Assembly (NCBI GenBank): GCA_965198115.1
Contig: OZ240241.1
Span: 7,072,001-7,136,000 of the forward strand
DNA from: Candidatus Latescibacterota bacterium
GTDB taxonomy: Bacteria; Latescibacterota; UBA2968
Direction of reading: 5' to 3'
Length of the DNA: 64,000 bases
The notes under the pieces are model-generated. The model was not told the DNA's origin, made no database searches, and saw only the letters and a list, made by a program, of their open reading frames with translations. Below are positions 63,236 to 64,000 of this stretch, piece by piece (within the stretch, counting starts at the first letter, position 1; each line of letters begins with the position of its first letter). A program made the position numbers and the translations under genes.

Positions 63236-64000
63236 TCGGGCGGCCATCGGTTTCGGCAAGTAAAGATACTGGGAAATCAGGCCGCTTATTTCGTCAAGTA
63301 AAGATGCGCCGCTCACCGCATCCGGCCACGGCTCGACTGTCGGCCATTCGATCCCCGACCCTTGCAGGTCATCGCCGTCCCGGCCGCCCTGAGGTTTCAA
63401 GGCTTCGTCCAACATCGCCATGTAGACGCCCGCTTCCTTCAGCTTCTTGCGGATCCGCGCATAGCCAGCCAGATCATTCCGTTTCATTTCCACCAGACGC
63501 GCCAGCACGTCTGGTTCGAAAGCCGCGCCAAGATCGGTCTTGGCCTTCTCGATCAGATTGTCAAGTGGGTCCGACTCGGGCTCGCCAAGCTCAATGTAGT
63601 CCGCTTCGATGTAATCCGCAACGTCAATGCCTTTCTTGATGGCGTCGGCAACGTCCCATCCCGTTACTTCATCCTCCTTGTTGCGCTCGGGCTCGGGCTT
63701 GATCATCCGCACGGATGCCGCCCTGGCTTCTGCGATCCCCGCCAGTTTGGGCATCGCCTTGAGTCCCGTTTCGTTATCGTCCGCATCCGGCCACAAGGTT
63801 ACGTGACGGCCTTCGAGGCAATGCCAATTGGTCTTGGCGATGGCTCCCGATCCGCCCATCCAGGAGAGCACGTCCCATCTTTGAGCTTGCCGGCCGCCGC
63901 GTCCGCGCACTTTTCGCCTTCGACGATCAGCACCGGTCGGCCGCCGCCGTTCAGCGTCTCGACGCGATACGGAAAGCGATTCTCGGGGATGCGATGTACC
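63230..64000 (-). pseudogene. Phage/satellite Toprim primase followed by the start of a DUF3631-like domain; truncated and frameshifted, runs off the window end
   Basis: PVLIVEGEKCADA, WMGG, VTLWPDAD, GWDVAD; EPWPDAVSGASLLDEI. Confidence 0.72.

Noticed and set aside
1-64000. CRISPR array
   Set aside because: No 25-45 bp repeats separated by unique spacers and no cas genes; the arrays seen are contiguous 7-10 bp or 21 bp tandems.

Overview
This is a GC-rich bacterial window with three parts. (1) 1-30.8 kb is mostly core and catabolic genes: a SagB-type nitroreductase, an enolase-superfamily enzyme, a sulfatase, two amidohydrolases, an FAH/AraD1-like gene cut by IS256, an ECF sigma/anti-sigma operon, a Rieske-domain protein, PBP1A, a TRAP transporter, TonB, and others. 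Its intergenic spaces hold many 7-10 bp tandem arrays and palindromes. (2) 32.1-45.6 kb is a tightly coupled minus-strand biosynthetic operon and the best candidate for an undescribed system. In order it encodes a PapC-like dehydrogenase, MFS exporter, Sfp-type PPTase, GNAT acetyltransferase, its own Hsp90 (HtpG), a PabA-PabB-chorismate mutase triple fusion, an NRPS module with a Tyr-like A-domain code, and a frameshifted KS plus degenerate AT PKS. This is a probable p-aminophenylalanine-primed NRPS-PKS pathway, cut off by IS630 on one side and flanked by IS256 on the other. (3) 45.9-64 kb is a mosaic of IS256/IS21 pieces, a broken type III R-M system, a tRNA-Val 3' fragment in an att-like context, yggS-yggT-divIVA, and a dif-like XerD site next to phage-satellite primase remnants. 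Many genes carry 1-nt indels, so uncorrected long-read error or assembly chimerism cannot be excluded. All family assignments come from motif recognition by eye; no database search was run.
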